The position numbers and the translations under genes are program-made. The notes below the pieces were generated by a model. That model saw only the letters and a list, made by a program, of their open reading frames with translations, had not been told where the DNA came from and made no database searches. This document shows, piece by piece, positions 24,298 through 26,108 of a stretch of DNA of 26,108 nt. The stretch covers positions 1 to 26,108 of IMG/VR virus record IMGVR_UViG_3300033463_000062, one strand, 5' to 3'. The number at the start of each line of letters is the position of its first letter. The first letter of the stretch is position 1. This DNA comes from a virus. Taxonomy: Duplodnaviria > Heunggongvirae > Uroviricota > Caudoviricetes.

Positions 24298-25081
24298 TTA
24301 CATTGATTTACTTTCTCCCAACCCGCTCGTAGTGGAGGGTGTCGGCAGAATCCGAAAGGTTAAACTGGAAGAACTCCAGAACGACGGCGAACATATCGGT
24401 CTGCCGTTTTACATATCCTTCATATATATATTGGGTGCAAACAAAAAAACCGCAAAAGAAATCCTGAAAACCTTAGGCGATTATTCGGACGCGCTTATTG
24501 AAAAGATATCATCACAAACTGATGTCTATGATATGCTGATGATGTCTACCACGACGATTAGGGCAATGCTTGATGCTCTGTCGTTTTTTATTTGTGAGGA
24601 CATCAAGTTTGACCCCAGTTCCAACACTTTCATAGTGTATAAAACGAAAGAGGGTCAAATAGAACAGGTCGGCATTGTCGACAAAAACAACTTTGCAGAC
24701 GTTCGTGACGTCATTCTCGAGAGCAACTGCTTGTCATACAACGCTAAAGCCGATGTAGAGGCAGTCTCGGACGACAACGAACTCTTGAAGAAGTGGAAAG
24801 AGGCGGAGGCGATGAATCAGGATCTGCAGCAGAAGACGGATACGGAAGACGCTGCGTTCGGAAACGTCATCTCAAAACTTTGCGCCTCTAACGTCGGCAT
24901 AAACTTTGAGAATGTGTGGAATCTCACGGTTTATCAAGCAATCGACCAACTGCAACAGTTGGGTTATCTCCGTAATGTAGAGCTGGCTGAAAGGTCGTTC
25001 TCGATTTACGGAGGCGAACATTATGATGCCAACGAGTGGTTACATTCCATTCAGGCGAAATCACACAGAAAGGATAACTAA
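24287..25081 (+). CDS. hypothetical tail-module protein (264 aa)
   Basis: Long ORF overlapping the previous gene; TTG start uncertain. Confidence 0.7.
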   Translation: MTLDYIDLLSPNPLVVEGVGRIRKVKLEELQNDGEHIGLPFYISFIYILGANKKTAKEILKTLGDYSDALIEKISSQTDVYDMLMMSTTTIRAMLDALSFFICEDIKFDPSSNTFIVYKTKEGQIEQVGIVDKNNFADVRDVILESNCLSYNAKADVEAVSDDNELLKKWKEAEAMNQDLQQKTDTEDAAFGNVISKLCASNVGINFENVWNLTVYQAIDQLQQLGYLRNVELAERSFSIYGGEHYDANEWLHSIQAKSHRKDN

Positions 25082-25082
25082 C

Positions 25083-25634
25083 ATGTCACGTACAGCAAGC
25101 AAGAAAATTGCTAATAGGTATGGTCTTGATACCAAGATTTACGAGTACACTGGTCTGACTCCGAGCGGTTCTCCCCTGCTTACTGTTGACTTTGCAAATA
25201 TAACGGACATAGAGCTTACCTCTGACGTTATATGGGCAACGGGCAACAGAAACCACGACCCGCAGGTTCCGTTTGATGAGCCGTATCAGGGTTCTTTCAC
25301 GCTCCAGACGCAGTGCGTACCGCTCCAGCTTATCGCTCTTATCACGAACGACACGACGGTTAATACCGATACGGGCACAGTTCATTTCAAGAACGACGTA
25401 AACGGCACGGCTTCTCCGAAGTTCTACGTTCTCGTATCTGACACGGTATGGAAGGACGACAACGGCGCTATACTCAACGAAACGATGACCGCTTTCAAAG
25501 TGCGTCCGAGAAAGAACTATTCAGCGTCTTACTCGGGAACAGGCGACCCTCAGTCTGTTTCAATTGTTTTCGATATGGTCGGCGACCCCGCTGGCAATGT
25601 TCTCGACCTTACGAGAGCGGAGCCCAGCACCTAA
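25083..25634 (+). CDS. major tail (tube) protein (~183 aa)
   Basis: AAAGGA RBS before ATG 25083; beta-rich Thr/Gly/Asp composition; followed by a terminator. Confidence 0.7.
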   Translation: MSRTASKKIANRYGLDTKIYEYTGLTPSGSPLLTVDFANITDIELTSDVIWATGNRNHDPQVPFDEPYQGSFTLQTQCVPLQLIALITNDTTVNTDTGTVHFKNDVNGTASPKFYVLVSDTVWKDDNGAILNETMTAFKVRPRKNYSASYSGTGDPQSVSIVFDMVGDPAGNVLDLTRAEPST

Positions 25635-25647
25635 TCGAGGAGTTATG

Positions 25648-25681
25648 GCGGGAGTTGCGAAATATCAGCTCCCGCTTTTTT
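25648..25681 (+). terminator. intrinsic terminator after the tail tube gene
   Basis: GCGGGAGTTG-cgaaatat-CAGCTCCCGC plus T6. Confidence 0.75.
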
Positions 25682-25687
25682 ACTATT

Positions 25688-26107
25688 ATGAAACTTTTAT
25701 CGTTTGACCAGTCAACGAGACTGACTGCATACGCCGTATTTGAAGACGGTGAACTCAAAAGACACGATTTAATCAAGATAAAAACGAAAGACGCAGACAA
25801 GCGCTTTGTAGAAATGTGCTCTGCCGTATTTAAAGTAATCTCAGAGGTAACGCCTGATGTGGTAGTTTGTGAGAACGTAAGTTTACAGACAAACGCAGCG
25901 GTGCTCACTTCTCTGGCGAGATTACTTGGAGCGATTGTAGGCTGGTGTATATTCGACAACATAGTATATGACACGTACTACGCGTCACAGTGGAGGAGAA
26001 TTCTCGGATTCACAAGCGATAAAAATTGCGATTCCGATGAAAACAGCCCGAAAAAAAAGTGCGACAGAACATACTACAAAGAAAAGGCTATTGCGTTTAT
26101 CAAAGAC
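25688..26107 (+). CDS. ruvC: RuvC-like Holliday junction resolvase (runs off window)
   Basis: Manual translation MKLLSFDQSTRLTAYAVFE...DVVVCENV...LARLLGAIV...YYASQWRRILG: RuvC-type catalytic D and E and the P/AxxWR helix; open to the window end. Confidence 0.85.
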   Translation, partial: MKLLSFDQSTRLTAYAVFEDGELKRHDLIKIKTKDADKRFVEMCSAVFKVISEVTPDVVVCENVSLQTNAAVLTSLARLLGAIVGWCIFDNIVYDTYYASQWRRILGFTSDKNCDSDENSPKKKCDRTYYKEKAIAFIKD

Positions 26108-26108
26108 A

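Larger units (their letters stand above)
1..26108. mobile_element. SPbeta-like phage/prophage segment covering the whole window
   Basis: YonO-like RNAP, HU, phosphoesterase, terminase-portal-capsid-tail order; no host housekeeping genes and no att junction seen. Confidence 0.9.

Noticed and set aside
25637-25707. GAGGAG-tt-ATG 20-codon ORF, or a frameshift into ruvC
   Set aside because: SD-to-ATG spacing is only 2 nt, the ORF lies within the terminator, and RuvC already starts naturally at 25688.

Overview
A 26-kb segment of a large SPbeta-like tailed phage or prophage, probably of a Clostridia/Firmicutes host; the host is inferred from AGGAGG RBSs, consensus sigma-A promoters and protein families. 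No host core genes are visible. Left arm (1-3961, minus strand): a PC4/YdbC-like ssDNA-binding protein, three hypothetical proteins and a sigma-like HTH protein, with two plus-strand non-coding RNA candidates between them (about 1320-1592 and 1650-1731). A 1.6-kb non-coding divergence region (3962-5585) holds opposing sigma-A promoters, a repeated 14-mer, a G-quadruplex motif, iteron-like repeats and C(GAA)G hairpins. Right arm (plus strand): two small ORFs, a 923-aa YonO-like single-subunit RNA polymerase (DFDSD motif), an ATA-initiated TnpW-like ORF coupled to a large serine recombinase, two ~106-bp direct repeats flanking a structured RNA with anti-Shine-Dalgarno loops, and then a long late operon. 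That operon encodes a small protein, a metallophosphoesterase, HU, a tyrosine recombinase, a Zn-finger protein, terminase, portal, protease/scaffold, a head protein, major capsid, head-tail proteins, tail tube and a RuvC-like resolvase (truncated at the window end). The most interesting hypothesis is a phage transcription circuit: a host-transcribed YonO-like RNAP, tandem repeat elements as its promoters, and a structured RNA made from the first repeat. All family assignments come from motif recognition and gene order, not database searches.
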